A stretch of DNA of 64,000 nucleotides from an uncultured Thermoplasmatales archaeon. GTDB taxonomy: Archaea; Thermoplasmatota; E2; DHVEG-1. Both the position numbers and the translations under genes were made by a program. Location: assembly GCA_964346655.1 (NCBI GenBank), contig CAYFVP010000055.1, positions 5,028 through 69,027 on the forward strand, given 5' to 3'. The notes under the pieces are model-generated. The model saw only the letters and a list, made by a program, of their open reading frames with translations, made no database searches and had not been told where the DNA came from. This document shows, piece by piece, positions 19,942 to 29,833 of this stretch (positions are counted from its first letter, which is position 1; the number at the start of each line of letters is the position of its first letter).

Positions 19942-20868
19942 TTAAAGGGAATGGATCATACCTCTTTTATAAAGTATCGTTGCATCAAGTATTTCCTCAT
20001 CAATAGAGGAAAGAAAATCAAGTGTCTGAACAATTATATCAAGCATATCTTGCTTTTCCTGAGGTAAAATACCATAAACACCTCTATAAATGATATTGCC
20101 ACCTGCCCAAATATAATTGGTAAAATGATCTGAAGCAAGTTCACATTGTTTGACATTTAGATTTTCAATAAATAATTTTACTTCCTTTAACTTTTCGACA
20201 GGGGATGTAGGTTTATAATTTCCATAATTCATCTCTTTTTCAAGAAGTGAGCCATGCTGAACAACAAGAGTTCTAAGCCTAATAAAATCAGGATTTACCA
20301 TATTACAAATCTTTGCAGATTCAATTGCATGTTTTTCAAGACGTCTCTTACCACCAGCACCAATTAAAATATAAAAAGAAAGCTCAAGACCTGCATCTTT
20401 CGCAGCCTTTCCTCCAGATTTTATTTCTTCGGGAGTAACACCTTTCTGCATGAATTTTAAAGTCTCTTCATCTCCAGATTCAAGACCGACATGGACTCTA
20501 GTAAGACCTGCCTTTTTAATCTTCCTTAACTTTTCAGAACCTATTTTCATTAATGATTTTGCTCTGGCGTAAGATGTTATTCTGTCAGCATCAGGAAAGC
20601 GGAGTTTGATATACTTAATTATTTCAACTATATCTTTCATAACAAGACTGTCAGAGTCAGCAATAAAAACAGTTTTTGCTCCCTCATAAATTTTTGCTGC
20701 AATGTCAATATCTCTTTTAATTTCATCAACAGATTTCGGTTGGAATTTAAAGGTCTTATACATCGTACAAAACAAACATCTATTCCATGGACAACCTCTA
20801 GAAGCACGTATCAAAGCAGAAGTTGCTTCATTTGGAGGTCTATAAGGTGGATAATCATAATCAAACAT
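19942..20868 (-). CDS. radical SAM domain protein with non-canonical Cx4Cx2C cluster spacing
   Basis: GCPWNRCLFCTMY, then FIADSDSL and VHVGLESGDEETL blocks; start placed at MFDYDY to avoid overlap with the upstream gene. Confidence 0.5.
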   Translation of the reverse strand: MFDYDYPPYRPPNEATSALIRASRGCPWNRCLFCTMYKTFKFQPKSVDEIKRDIDIAAKIYEGAKTVFIADSDSLVMKDIVEIIKYIKLRFPDADRITSYARAKSLMKIGSEKLRKIKKAGLTRVHVGLESGDEETLKFMQKGVTPEEIKSGGKAAKDAGLELSFYILIGAGGKRRLEKHAIESAKICNMVNPDFIRLRTLVVQHGSLLEKEMNYGNYKPTSPVEKLKEVKLFIENLNVKQCELASDHFTNYIWAGGNIIYRGVYGILPQEKQDMLDIIVQTLDFLSSIDEEILDATILYKRGMIHSL

Positions 20869-20873
20869 AAGAT

Positions 20874-21680
20874 CTACCCAAATTCTTTTGCATATAAAGC
20901 AGCACCAAAAGCGCCACAAAGTTGAGGATTTGGAGGAATTAATATTTCATTTCTAACAAATTTAGATAAGATCTTTAGTAGAATATCATTATAAGCAATA
21001 ACACCACCAGTAACAGCTACAGTTCCCTTTAATGTGTCCATCTCAATTACACGTCTTGCAACTGATTCAAAGGCACTTTTAATCATGTCCTCTTTTTTTT
21101 CGCCTTCTTTGATACGTGTAAGAATTTCGGTTGAAGCAAATACTGTACAAAAACTGCTAAGAGCAGTATCTTTCAAAGATTTTTCTGCAAGATTATTCAT
21201 TTCATTTATTGGTATATTTAATTTATATGCAATTTCTTCAAGAAATGAACCAGTTCCTGCAGCACATTTTCTGTTCATTTTGAATCCAATAATTCTTCCT
21301 TTTTTATCGATTTTAATGATTTTTGTGTCTTGACCACCGATATCAATGATTGTAATTTTTTTTGGAAAATAATAAAAAGCTCCTTTTGCATAAGTACTAA
21401 TTTCTGTTTTAATACTATTTGCATGAGTTACATTATTTCTTCCAAAACCTGTAGCAGTAACATGGCAAATATTATCCTTAGATGTATTTGCTGAAGCAAT
21501 TGCTCCTTTGAAAGCGTTATTAATTGATTTTTGTAAATCTGCATCTGTTTTTTCTATAAAGGATCCAGCAATTTCGCAATTTCCATCAATGATTACTATT
21601 TTAATGTAAGATGTGCCGACATCAATTCCTGCAAAATATTTTTTTGACATGAATTCACCGTGAATAATTAAAATAATCAA
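20874..21680 (-). CDS. BadF/BadG/BcrA/BcrD-type ATPase (2-hydroxyacyl-CoA dehydratase activator HgdC-like)
   Basis: GIDVGTSYIKIV, IGGQDTKIIKI, CAAGTGSFLEEIA. Confidence 0.75.
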   Translation of the reverse strand: MIILIIHGEFMSKKYFAGIDVGTSYIKIVIIDGNCEIAGSFIEKTDADLQKSINNAFKGAIASANTSKDNICHVTATGFGRNNVTHANSIKTEISTYAKGAFYYFPKKITIIDIGGQDTKIIKIDKKGRIIGFKMNRKCAAGTGSFLEEIAYKLNIPINEMNNLAEKSLKDTALSSFCTVFASTEILTRIKEGEKKEDMIKSAFESVARRVIEMDTLKGTVAVTGGVIAYNDILLKILSKFVRNEILIPPNPQLCGAFGAALYAKEFG

Positions 21681-21869
21681 ATATGAAATAATTAATAATA
21701 TATCATTGTTAGCATTAATTTATAAGAATCAGAGTAAAAAATAAAAAATAATAATAAGTTCTTCTATAATATGGAAATTGACATCAGCCTATCGTTTTAG
21801 TGAGCCGGGGGAGATATAATCTCAAATGAGGAAAAAAAACTTCGAAAAAAGTTCAGTGCAAGTACAGAT

Positions 21870-23066
21870 TTGAAACAGATTATGGCTGATTATTATTATG
21901 AACTAGATTCTGCTGTTAAAGATAAAACAAAAAAGGTTGCATGGTGTTCAAGTGTTGGACCTGCTGAGATTCTTAGAAGCCTAGGTTTTTATGTATATTT
22001 TCCAGAAAATCATAGTGCAATGCTAGGATCAAGCAGAATGGCAACAGATTTGATTCCCTATGCAAATGCTGTTGGGTATTCACCTGAAATTTGCTCCTAT
22101 TTAACAGCTGATATTGGCTCCTATTTAAAAAAGATCACACCTCTTTCAAAAGCATATGTTGGTATAAAGGGTATTCCTAAACCTGATGTAATAGTTTTTA
22201 ATACAAATCAATGTAGAGATGTACAAGACTGGTTTAACTGGTTCGCTAAAGAATTTAGAGTTCCTATTCTTGGAATTTACACTCATAGAGGTGTAAATGA
22301 AATTACCGATAGTCACATTCAATCTATCTCTCAGCAGTTCAAAGATCTAATCGAACCTTTAGAAAAGATTTCAGGAGACACTTTTGATTTAAATAATCTT
22401 AAAAAAGTGCTTTCTTTATCACGAAAATGTTCTGATTTATGGAAAAAAGTTTTAGATACTGCATCAACTATTCCTTCTCCTATAACATTTTTTGATGGAA
22501 CCATACAGATGGGACCTGCAGTGGTTTTGAGGGGAACACAAAAAGCAGTAGATTATTACAAATTACTACTATCTGAGTTACAGGAAAGAATACAAAATAA
22601 TATTAGTGCAGTTGATAATGAACGCTTTAGATTATATTGGGATGGAATGCCAATATGGGGAAGATTAAGAGCACATTCTGAATTATTCTACAAACAAAAT
22701 GCATGTGTTGTTGCTTCAACCTATTGTAATAGTTGGATTTTTTCGAGTTTTAATGAGGAAGATCCCTTTAAAAGTATGGCAAGAGCTTATACTGAATTGT
22801 TTATAGTGCGGTCAGATGAAGAAAAAGAAAAATACTTGAAAAAAATGATAGATTTCTTTAAAATTGACGGTTTAATTTTTCATGATGCAAAAACATGTCC
22901 AAATAATACAAATAGTAGATATGGAATGCCACAACGACTTGAAAAAGAAACAGGGATTCCAAATCTTGTTGTAAATGGAGATTTAAATGATTTAAGATGC
23001 CTATCTGATGAACAGTTCAGAACAAATGTTGAGGCATTTATTGAGCAGCTTGAAGATAAAAGATAA
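21870..23066 (+). CDS. 2-hydroxyacyl-CoA dehydratase / benzoyl-CoA reductase BcrC/BadD/HgdB-family subunit
   Basis: N-terminal KKVAWCSSVGPAEILRSLGF is typical of the family. Confidence 0.65.
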   Translation: MKQIMADYYYELDSAVKDKTKKVAWCSSVGPAEILRSLGFYVYFPENHSAMLGSSRMATDLIPYANAVGYSPEICSYLTADIGSYLKKITPLSKAYVGIKGIPKPDVIVFNTNQCRDVQDWFNWFAKEFRVPILGIYTHRGVNEITDSHIQSISQQFKDLIEPLEKISGDTFDLNNLKKVLSLSRKCSDLWKKVLDTASTIPSPITFFDGTIQMGPAVVLRGTQKAVDYYKLLLSELQERIQNNISAVDNERFRLYWDGMPIWGRLRAHSELFYKQNACVVASTYCNSWIFSSFNEEDPFKSMARAYTELFIVRSDEEKEKYLKKMIDFFKIDGLIFHDAKTCPNNTNSRYGMPQRLEKETGIPNLVVNGDLNDLRCLSDEQFRTNVEAFIEQLEDKR

Positions 23067-23097
23067 AAGACGTGAAATAGAAATGGAGGAAAAAATT

Positions 23098-24654
23098 ATG
23101 GCTTGCTGGTTGAACTTAGCAGAAATGGTTAAAATGAATGCAAAAAAGTTTCCAAATACCATTGCATTAAAGGATAGCAAACGAAGTTTTACTTATTCTG
23201 AATTAAATAGAAGGGTCAATAAACTTTCACATAGTCTTCTTTCACTGGGATTGAAAAAAGGAGATAAATTTGCTGTACTTCTTGAAAATTGTGTTGAAAT
23301 TGTTGAAGCATATTTGGCTGCTGCAAAAACAGGGCTTGTAATTGTTCCAGTTCACTTTCGTTTTGTTGGCAAAGAAATACTTAATTTAATGGAAAACTCA
23401 GATGCTGAAGCATTTATCGTTCATGATGAGTTTGTGCCTGTTGTCAATCCAATTAAAAAAGACCTAACAAATGTAAGAGAAGATAGATATATTGTTGTAG
23501 GAACGAAAGTTAAGGGATACAAAGAGTACGAAGAATTTATTCAAAACTCAAGTGATGACGAATCTAATATAAACATAGATTGTAAAGATCCATGGATAAT
23601 TCTATATACATCTGGAACAACAGGTGTCCCTAAAGGAGTAGTTCGGTCTCATGAATCATACATTGCATTCTTCTTAATCAATGCCGTTGATTTTGGATTT
23701 ACCAATCGTGATATATGTATAAATGTAATGCCTTTGTATCATGTTAATTCAACTTTCTATACCTTTTTATTCTTGTATTTAGGTGGAACAGCATACATTC
23801 ATCCAGCACGTCATTTTAGAGCTGATGAAATATTAGAAATTATCGAAAGAGAAAAAATTACCTATATATCTTTAATTCCTACACACTATAATTTAATTTT
23901 AAATGCATCAGAAAAGGCAAAAAAACGTAATGTCAAATCAATAAAAAAGCTTCTTTGTTCCTCAGCACCAGTTACAAAAAATATGAAAAAAGAGATTATG
24001 AAATTTTTTCCAGGTGTTGAGCTTTATGAAGCATATGGCTCAACTGAAGCAGGTTTAGTAACAATTCTTAAACCTGAGGATCAATTAAAAAAACTTGGAT
24101 CCATTGGTTATGAAGCTGTTGGAACTGATACAATTAAACTTTTAGATGAAAACGGTCATGAAGTAGGCATTGGTGAAGTAGGTGAACTATTTTCACGTGG
24201 ACCTATGATGTTTGAGAAGTACTATAAAATGCCTGAGAAAACAGAGAGCTCATTTAGAGGAGAATGGTTTAGTGCTAGAGATATGGCTATGCGTGATGAA
24301 GATGGTTTTTATTATATTGTTGATAGAAAGGATAATATGATTATTACAGGTGGGGAACATGTTTATCCAAGTGAAGTACAGGAGGTTATTACCCTGCATC
24401 CTGATGTTTTTGATGCTGCAGTAATTGGTCTTCATCATGAAAAATGGGGAGAACAAGTAACCGCTATTGTTGTGCCAAGAGATAATGTCAAAATTAATGA
24501 AAAGAAAATTATTGAATATTGTAAGGATAAAATGGCTGGATATAAACGTCCAAAACAAGTAATATTTATCAAAGATGAGGAAATGCCACGAACTCCAACT
24601 GGAAAAATACTTCATAGGAAACTTAGAGAACGTTTTAATAAATGCGAGGAATAA
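23098..24654 (+). CDS. AMP-forming acyl-CoA/aromatic-acid CoA ligase
   Basis: YTSGTTGVPKGV, GYGSTE, C-terminal PRTPTGKI lysine motif; GGAGG SD before the ATG at 23098. Confidence 0.8.
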   Translation: MACWLNLAEMVKMNAKKFPNTIALKDSKRSFTYSELNRRVNKLSHSLLSLGLKKGDKFAVLLENCVEIVEAYLAAAKTGLVIVPVHFRFVGKEILNLMENSDAEAFIVHDEFVPVVNPIKKDLTNVREDRYIVVGTKVKGYKEYEEFIQNSSDDESNINIDCKDPWIILYTSGTTGVPKGVVRSHESYIAFFLINAVDFGFTNRDICINVMPLYHVNSTFYTFLFLYLGGTAYIHPARHFRADEILEIIEREKITYISLIPTHYNLILNASEKAKKRNVKSIKKLLCSSAPVTKNMKKEIMKFFPGVELYEAYGSTEAGLVTILKPEDQLKKLGSIGYEAVGTDTIKLLDENGHEVGIGEVGELFSRGPMMFEKYYKMPEKTESSFRGEWFSARDMAMRDEDGFYYIVDRKDNMIITGGEHVYPSEVQEVITLHPDVFDAAVIGLHHEKWGEQVTAIVVPRDNVKINEKKIIEYCKDKMAGYKRPKQVIFIKDEEMPRTPTGKILHRKLRERFNKCEE

Positions 24655-24656
24655 AT

Positions 24657-25604
24657 ATGGATAAATATAGATTTGGAATAATTGGTGCTGGACCAGTAGG
24701 AAGTATAATGGCTGCTCATCTTGCAAAAGCAGGCCATAATGTTATCTTAATTGATATCTTAAAAGCACATATGGATGAAATAAAGAGAAATGGCCTTTCT
24801 ATTACTGGCTTTAGGAAAATGAATGTAAAATTTCCTGATGATAATATTTGCTATGGTATTGACGAGATAAGTGGAAAGGATTTTGATTATATTTTTATCT
24901 CTGTTAAAGCATCTGTTCTTCCTCAGATTTTACCTATAGTTAAAAAAGTTGTAAAGCCAGGTATTAATTTTATCAGCCTACAAAATGGCCTTGATAATGA
25001 GGAATTAATTGCAGATGTTTTTGGAAAGGCTAACACATTAAGAATTGTTGTAAATTATGCAGGAAACCTTATTGATAATGGAAAGATAAGAATGTCATTT
25101 TTTAATGCTCCAAATTATATTGGCATGATTGATCCAAGGGCTGAAAAAAAGTCAAAAGCTCTTGCAAAGGTTATTTCTGCAGCAGACCTGGAAACTTCAT
25201 TTACAAAAGAAATCAAGAAATATGAATGGGAAAAAATCATACTTAATGCAGCACTTAGTCCTGTGTGTGCGTTGACTCGAAAAACAATGAGACAAATGAT
25301 GGAATTTAATTATACAAGAGATCTAACAGAAGCTATTCTTAAAGAGGGAATTGAAGTTGCTGCAGCAAATGGGTTTCATTTTAAGCCAGATTTTTTAGAG
25401 TTCTGTATGAATTATTTGGACAAAGCAGGCCATCATAGAACTTCCATGCATGTTGATATTGAAAGAAAGAGTCCAACTGAGATAGGATTTATTAATGAAA
25501 AAATTGTAAAATATGGAGAAAAAAAGGGAATTCCCACTCCTTTTAACTCAACGATTGTTTCCCTTATTAAGGGCTCAGAACTTCCTGAATATATTGGGGC
25601 ATAA
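24657..25604 (+). CDS. ketopantoate reductase (PanE/ApbA) family NAD(P)H oxidoreductase
   Basis: N-terminal FGIIGAGPVGS Rossmann motif, size. Confidence 0.6.
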   Translation: MDKYRFGIIGAGPVGSIMAAHLAKAGHNVILIDILKAHMDEIKRNGLSITGFRKMNVKFPDDNICYGIDEISGKDFDYIFISVKASVLPQILPIVKKVVKPGINFISLQNGLDNEELIADVFGKANTLRIVVNYAGNLIDNGKIRMSFFNAPNYIGMIDPRAEKKSKALAKVISAADLETSFTKEIKKYEWEKIILNAALSPVCALTRKTMRQMMEFNYTRDLTEAILKEGIEVAAANGFHFKPDFLEFCMNYLDKAGHHRTSMHVDIERKSPTEIGFINEKIVKYGEKKGIPTPFNSTIVSLIKGSELPEYIGA

Positions 25605-25616
25605 AATGGTAAATTT

Positions 25617-26852
25617 GTGGATGGGGTCTTGTTGCATTATGTAATAATAGGTAATGGTGGTGCAGGGGTTAGCGCACTTCAAGTCATTCGTGAAGTTGAT
25701 AAAGTTTCAGATGTAACAATTATATCTAAAGAGAAGTATCCAGCTTATTCACCATGTTCACTACCAAATTTAATTGGTGGTGAAATTGATAAACCTACCA
25801 TTTTTCGATTTGATAAAGAATTCTATAAAAGATTAAACGCAGGTTTTATAAAAAATACACAAGTAATAAAGATTCACCCTGATAATAAATCAATAGAGTT
25901 TTCAAATGGTAAGGTTTTAAAGTTTGATAAGTTGTTAATTTCTGCAGGTGCAAATCCAATAACACCAAAAAATATTGATGGATTAAATCTAGTTGGAGTT
26001 CATATAATGGGCTCACTTGATTCTGCCCTAGGTATTATTGAACATATTAAGCAAGGTGTAAAACATGCAATAGTAATTGGTGGAGGTTTTATGGGTATTG
26101 AAACCGCTACCATGCTAAAAAAAAGAGGTATAAATGTAACAATTGTGGAGATGTTACCACAAATTCTAGCTAGAATGCTTGATTCAGATATGGCTGAAAA
26201 GATAACAGAAATACTAAAAGAAAATGGCATAAACCTTGTTTTAAATGATACAGTAAAAGCTGTAAATGGAAACAAAAAAGTAAAAAGTGTTACTTTGAAT
26301 AAAAAAACAATAAATTGTGATATGGTTGTTCTTGCAATAGGTGTTAAGCCCAATATTGAGCTTATTCAAGGTTCAGGGATAAATGTAAATCTAGGCATAA
26401 TAGTTGATTCAAAAATGCAGACAAATAAAAAAAATATTTTTGCAGCAGGTGACATTGCAGAGGTAAAAGAGCAAATTGAGGGAAGAAAAGGCTCTTTTGC
26501 AATATGGCCAAATGCAATAGAACAAGGACGAATTGCAGGTTTAAATATAGCTGGTAAACCAACAAAATATGATGGTGCAGAAGTGGTAAATGTTCTTGAT
26601 ATCTATGATATCCCAGTTGTTGCAATGGGCCAAATATCTAAAGAAATTGGAAAATGTGAAATGATATCACGATTTACCCCTCATTCATCTAAAAAAATTC
26701 TCATAAAAAATAATAGAATAATTGGCCTTCAATTTATTGGTACAATAAGAAATACTGGAGTTTTTTATAGCCTTATGAAAAAAGGAACTGATGTCAGAGA
26801 TATTAAGGATAGACTGCTAGATGATAATTTAATAATTGCTCCTGATATCTAG
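25617..26852 (+). CDS. pyridine nucleotide-disulfide oxidoreductase, NADH oxidase/CoA-disulfide reductase-like (single redox Cys)
   Basis: VIIGNGGAG, YSPCSLP redox-cysteine motif, second GxGxxG at VIGGGFMG. Confidence 0.7.
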   Translation: MDGVLLHYVIIGNGGAGVSALQVIREVDKVSDVTIISKEKYPAYSPCSLPNLIGGEIDKPTIFRFDKEFYKRLNAGFIKNTQVIKIHPDNKSIEFSNGKVLKFDKLLISAGANPITPKNIDGLNLVGVHIMGSLDSALGIIEHIKQGVKHAIVIGGGFMGIETATMLKKRGINVTIVEMLPQILARMLDSDMAEKITEILKENGINLVLNDTVKAVNGNKKVKSVTLNKKTINCDMVVLAIGVKPNIELIQGSGINVNLGIIVDSKMQTNKKNIFAAGDIAEVKEQIEGRKGSFAIWPNAIEQGRIAGLNIAGKPTKYDGAEVVNVLDIYDIPVVAMGQISKEIGKCEMISRFTPHSSKKILIKNNRIIGLQFIGTIRNTGVFYSLMKKGTDVRDIKDRLLDDNLIIAPDI

Positions 26853-27484
26853 ATATAAATTCCTGCTGCTCCTAAAATAAAATAGAAACCAAAAAAGATT
26901 AGAATTGCACTAAATATCAGCATTAACGGTTTGTACCATTTTAATCCCATAATATTTGTCCCTTTTTTTGAAAAATACGCAACACTTGTAAGCCATGCAT
27001 AATCCATCCAGACATGGCAAATAAACATAAAAATTACTCCAAGTAACCCTGCAAATAAAAGAGCATTAAAAATTAATATACCTCCAACGGTTAACCACCA
27101 TATAATAAAATAAGGATTAAGACCAGTAAAGGCAATTCCAATAAAAAATAGATATTTGTAAGAGGATTTTGGCTTTATTAATTCATCTGGTTTTGAAACA
27201 ATTATTTTTCTGATTTGAATAACACCAAATATTATTAGAACAATTCCCCCTGTGACACCTATTACAATTTTTACAACTGGTTCACTGGCAATGGTTAGTA
27301 GTCCTAAAGCAAAAAGCATGATAAGTGAAAATTCTACAAGTGTGTGGGCAATAGCAAAAATAAGACCAGATTTGGCACCATGTTTGGTTCCATGCGAGAT
27401 TGTTGCAATAAATAATGGACCTGGTGCAAGTGCACCAGAGGCAGAAATTATAATAATTGATGCAACAAAACCTAAAAGCTCCAT
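26849..27484 (-). CDS. LysE/RhtB-type amino-acid exporter family membrane protein
   Basis: six hydrophobic segments; LysE-like N-terminus. Confidence 0.55.
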   Translation of the reverse strand: MELLGFVASIIIISASGALAPGPLFIATISHGTKHGAKSGLIFAIAHTLVEFSLIMLFALGLLTIASEPVVKIVIGVTGGIVLIIFGVIQIRKIIVSKPDELIKPKSSYKYLFFIGIAFTGLNPYFIIWWLTVGGILIFNALLFAGLLGVIFMFICHVWMDYAWLTSVAYFSKKGTNIMGLKWYKPLMLIFSAILIFFGFYFILGAAGIYI

Positions 27485-27524
27485 AGTAAAACCAGTAAAT
27501 AAGAATTTTTTATAATACTATTGC

Positions 27525-27983
27525 CTATTTCTTTGAAATTTCTAAAAACCTTTCAGCCATTTTTTTACGTCGCTTTTCAAGTTCCTCTGTTTCATCCAGA
27601 TATTGAATCGCTCCAGTTGAACAGTATTTAACACATTTTGGTTCTCCATCACACAAATCGCATTTGATAATTTCATTATCAATTGTTGTTACTGCATTAT
27701 ATGGACAAAGAACTGCACAGAGTCTACAACCTATGCATCTATCTTCGTCTCTAAAGATAATACCATCTTTGATAGTGTAAGCGTTTTGATGGCAAAACTT
27801 TAAACAAACTGGATCATCGCATTGGAAACAAACAATGGGAAACTCATATCTATTGAATTCATCTCTAACAATATAAATAGCCGCTTTCTTTGGATTGCAT
27901 TCCCCAAACTTATTAAGTGAACAAGCAATCGAGCATTCCCTGCAACCAGTACATTTCTCAGGATACACATAGAGATGTTTCAC
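27525..27983 (-). CDS. polyferredoxin (4x[4Fe-4S]) electron-transfer partner of AOR
   Basis: four CxxCxxCxxxC(P) motifs; 4-nt overlap with the upstream AOR gene. Confidence 0.7.
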   Translation of the reverse strand: MKHLYVYPEKCTGCRECSIACSLNKFGECNPKKAAIYIVRDEFNRYEFPIVCFQCDDPVCLKFCHQNAYTIKDGIIFRDEDRCIGCRLCAVLCPYNAVTTIDNEIIKCDLCDGEPKCVKYCSTGAIQYLDETEELEKRRKKMAERFLEISKK

Positions 27984-29683
27984 AACAATTCCTCCAGTTC
28001 TCTAACACGTTTTTCTTCAACAAGTCCGTTACTGTCCCAACCTCTGAGTTTATAGTAACGCATAAGAAGACTATCAAATTCTTTTCTATCTATATGATGA
28101 CCTTTTGATAAACCAAGGGGCATAGGCTCATCAAAATAACGTTTTGGAAGTGTATCATCAGTTCTAGAAATTCCCTCTCTGTTATTGAACATTCTTTCAA
28201 CATCAATTATTCTTTTTCCAACTTCTTGAAGCTCTTTTTCTCTAAAATTCCAACCAGATGCACAATGAATCAGTTTTTTCATCCATGTATAATCGATAAA
28301 ATGTGGGCTGTTAAAACCATGACATATAAATTTGCATACACCTAAACTATCAATTACAGCAAAGATATTATCTGAAAAATAAACAGATTTTTCTTTGGCT
28401 TTATATGATGTAGGATCGTTATTTACTCCTTTACCATATATTTTTTCTTTGACCTCTAATGGTAATCGAAGAAATATTTCAAGTGTAGGTCTGCTTCTTA
28501 AATGATCTGCACCTCTAGATGAAGTTGCAATGCCTAATGCAAATGCCTTTATGTATCTACAATCATGTGGATCGCTTTGAGGTAAACCTTTAATAGCAAT
28601 TAGAAAGTCTTCAGATTTTTTACCAAATCGCTTAACGTTTTTGGTACTATCTGCTAAAATATCTCCAAATCCTTCCCTTCTAGATATTTTATAAAGTAAT
28701 TCTTTTGCTAATTCAAAATCCCCGAAATGTAGGTCCTCACCAGTCATCTTTTTATCAATAATTCCCCGTTCATAGAGTTCAAAGGCCCATGCAAGAATAG
28801 TTCCAGATGATGATATATCAAGACCCAGTTCATTACAAACATTGTTAAGTTCAATTACATGAGCAGTATTTTCTAGCCCTAAGTTTGCACCAAGAAGACC
28901 AACAGCTGTATATTCAGGACCCTCGCCGCCTAATTTATTTCTATGGCGACAATGTACCATACATGAGGAACAACTAATCATTTTTTCAACAAAGGTTTCA
29001 ATTACCTCAGCGTTTAATGAATCTGACCAAGCATTAAGCTGACTGTTTTTAGTTCTAATAGCACCAAGGGTATTGCTAACTTCATAGAGAAGTGGAGTTC
29101 CAACACTACCCAAAATAGAAGTAATTTTTGAACTCATCAAGTAATCCTTGAGTTGCTCTACAGTTTCAAGCATTTCTTCAGGATAAGCAATTTTAATACC
29201 TTGTGTTCCCCTTGCAGCAATTGCCTTTAAATTTTTTGAACCCATTACAGCTCCAAGTCCACAACGCCCTGCTGCATTTTTAACTCCAGTTCTGACACAT
29301 GCAAACCTTACAAGGTTTTCACCTGCAACACCACAAACAGCAGCTTCAACTTGCCCAAAATCCTTTTTTAAAGATTGTTGAACATCAGTTGTATCCATTC
29401 CCCAATATACACCTGCATCCTTAATTTCAATTTTTCCATCTGAAACATATAAAATACAAGGTTTCTTTGCCCTTCCAGTAATAATAAGTCTATCAAAACC
29501 TGCGTAGCGTAGTTCAGCTGCAAAGTAGCCTCCAGAGTTTGCATCTCCAAGAATGCCTGTTTCAGGTGATTTTGCAGAAACATTAAAACGACTGGAGTTT
29601 GGAACAAGCGTTCCAGTTAAAAAACCTGTTCCAAATATTAACACATTTTCAGGTGAAAAAGGATCAATTCCAGGCTTTAACAT
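27980..29683 (-). CDS. aor: tungsten-containing aldehyde:ferredoxin oxidoreductase (AOR family); the true 5' end is probably a GTG at 29819, separated from this frame by a 1-nt frameshift
   Basis: DPFSPEN...GTGFLTG N-domain, AOR family blocks throughout; 42 in-frame upstream codons encode the conserved N-terminus but have no start codon. Confidence 0.85.
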   Translation of the reverse strand: MLKPGIDPFSPENVLIFGTGFLTGTLVPNSSRFNVSAKSPETGILGDANSGGYFAAELRYAGFDRLIITGRAKKPCILYVSDGKIEIKDAGVYWGMDTTDVQQSLKKDFGQVEAAVCGVAGENLVRFACVRTGVKNAAGRCGLGAVMGSKNLKAIAARGTQGIKIAYPEEMLETVEQLKDYLMSSKITSILGSVGTPLLYEVSNTLGAIRTKNSQLNAWSDSLNAEVIETFVEKMISCSSCMVHCRHRNKLGGEGPEYTAVGLLGANLGLENTAHVIELNNVCNELGLDISSSGTILAWAFELYERGIIDKKMTGEDLHFGDFELAKELLYKISRREGFGDILADSTKNVKRFGKKSEDFLIAIKGLPQSDPHDCRYIKAFALGIATSSRGADHLRSRPTLEIFLRLPLEVKEKIYGKGVNNDPTSYKAKEKSVYFSDNIFAVIDSLGVCKFICHGFNSPHFIDYTWMKKLIHCASGWNFREKELQEVGKRIIDVERMFNNREGISRTDDTLPKRYFDEPMPLGLSKGHHIDRKEFDSLLMRYYKLRGWDSNGLVEEKRVRELEELL

Positions 29684-29833
29684 CTTATAAAGATAGTAAC
29701 TATTAAGTCCTCGCCCTCCTAAAAATAATTTCTTTAATGAATCTGGAGTTTTACTGATACTAATTTTTTCTTTAGATAAATCAACGATTCCAAGTTTTTT
29801 ATTAAAGATTTATTTTCACCTCAATTGTGACTC

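Noticed and set aside
21779-21820. Perfect sigma70-like TTGACA and TATAAT hexamers in the divergent promoter between the activase and hgdB-like genes
   Set aside because: The spacing is 31 nt, not 17, and the gene context is archaeal. Most likely chance occurrence in AT-rich DNA.
23008-23097. Long N-terminal extensions proposed by the ORF track (23008, 24642, 44106, 54718, 30514, 20919, 12248, 63506)
   Set aside because: Each extension overlaps the upstream gene. A downstream ATG with a GGAGG-like SD gives a family-typical N-terminus; the shorter starts were used.
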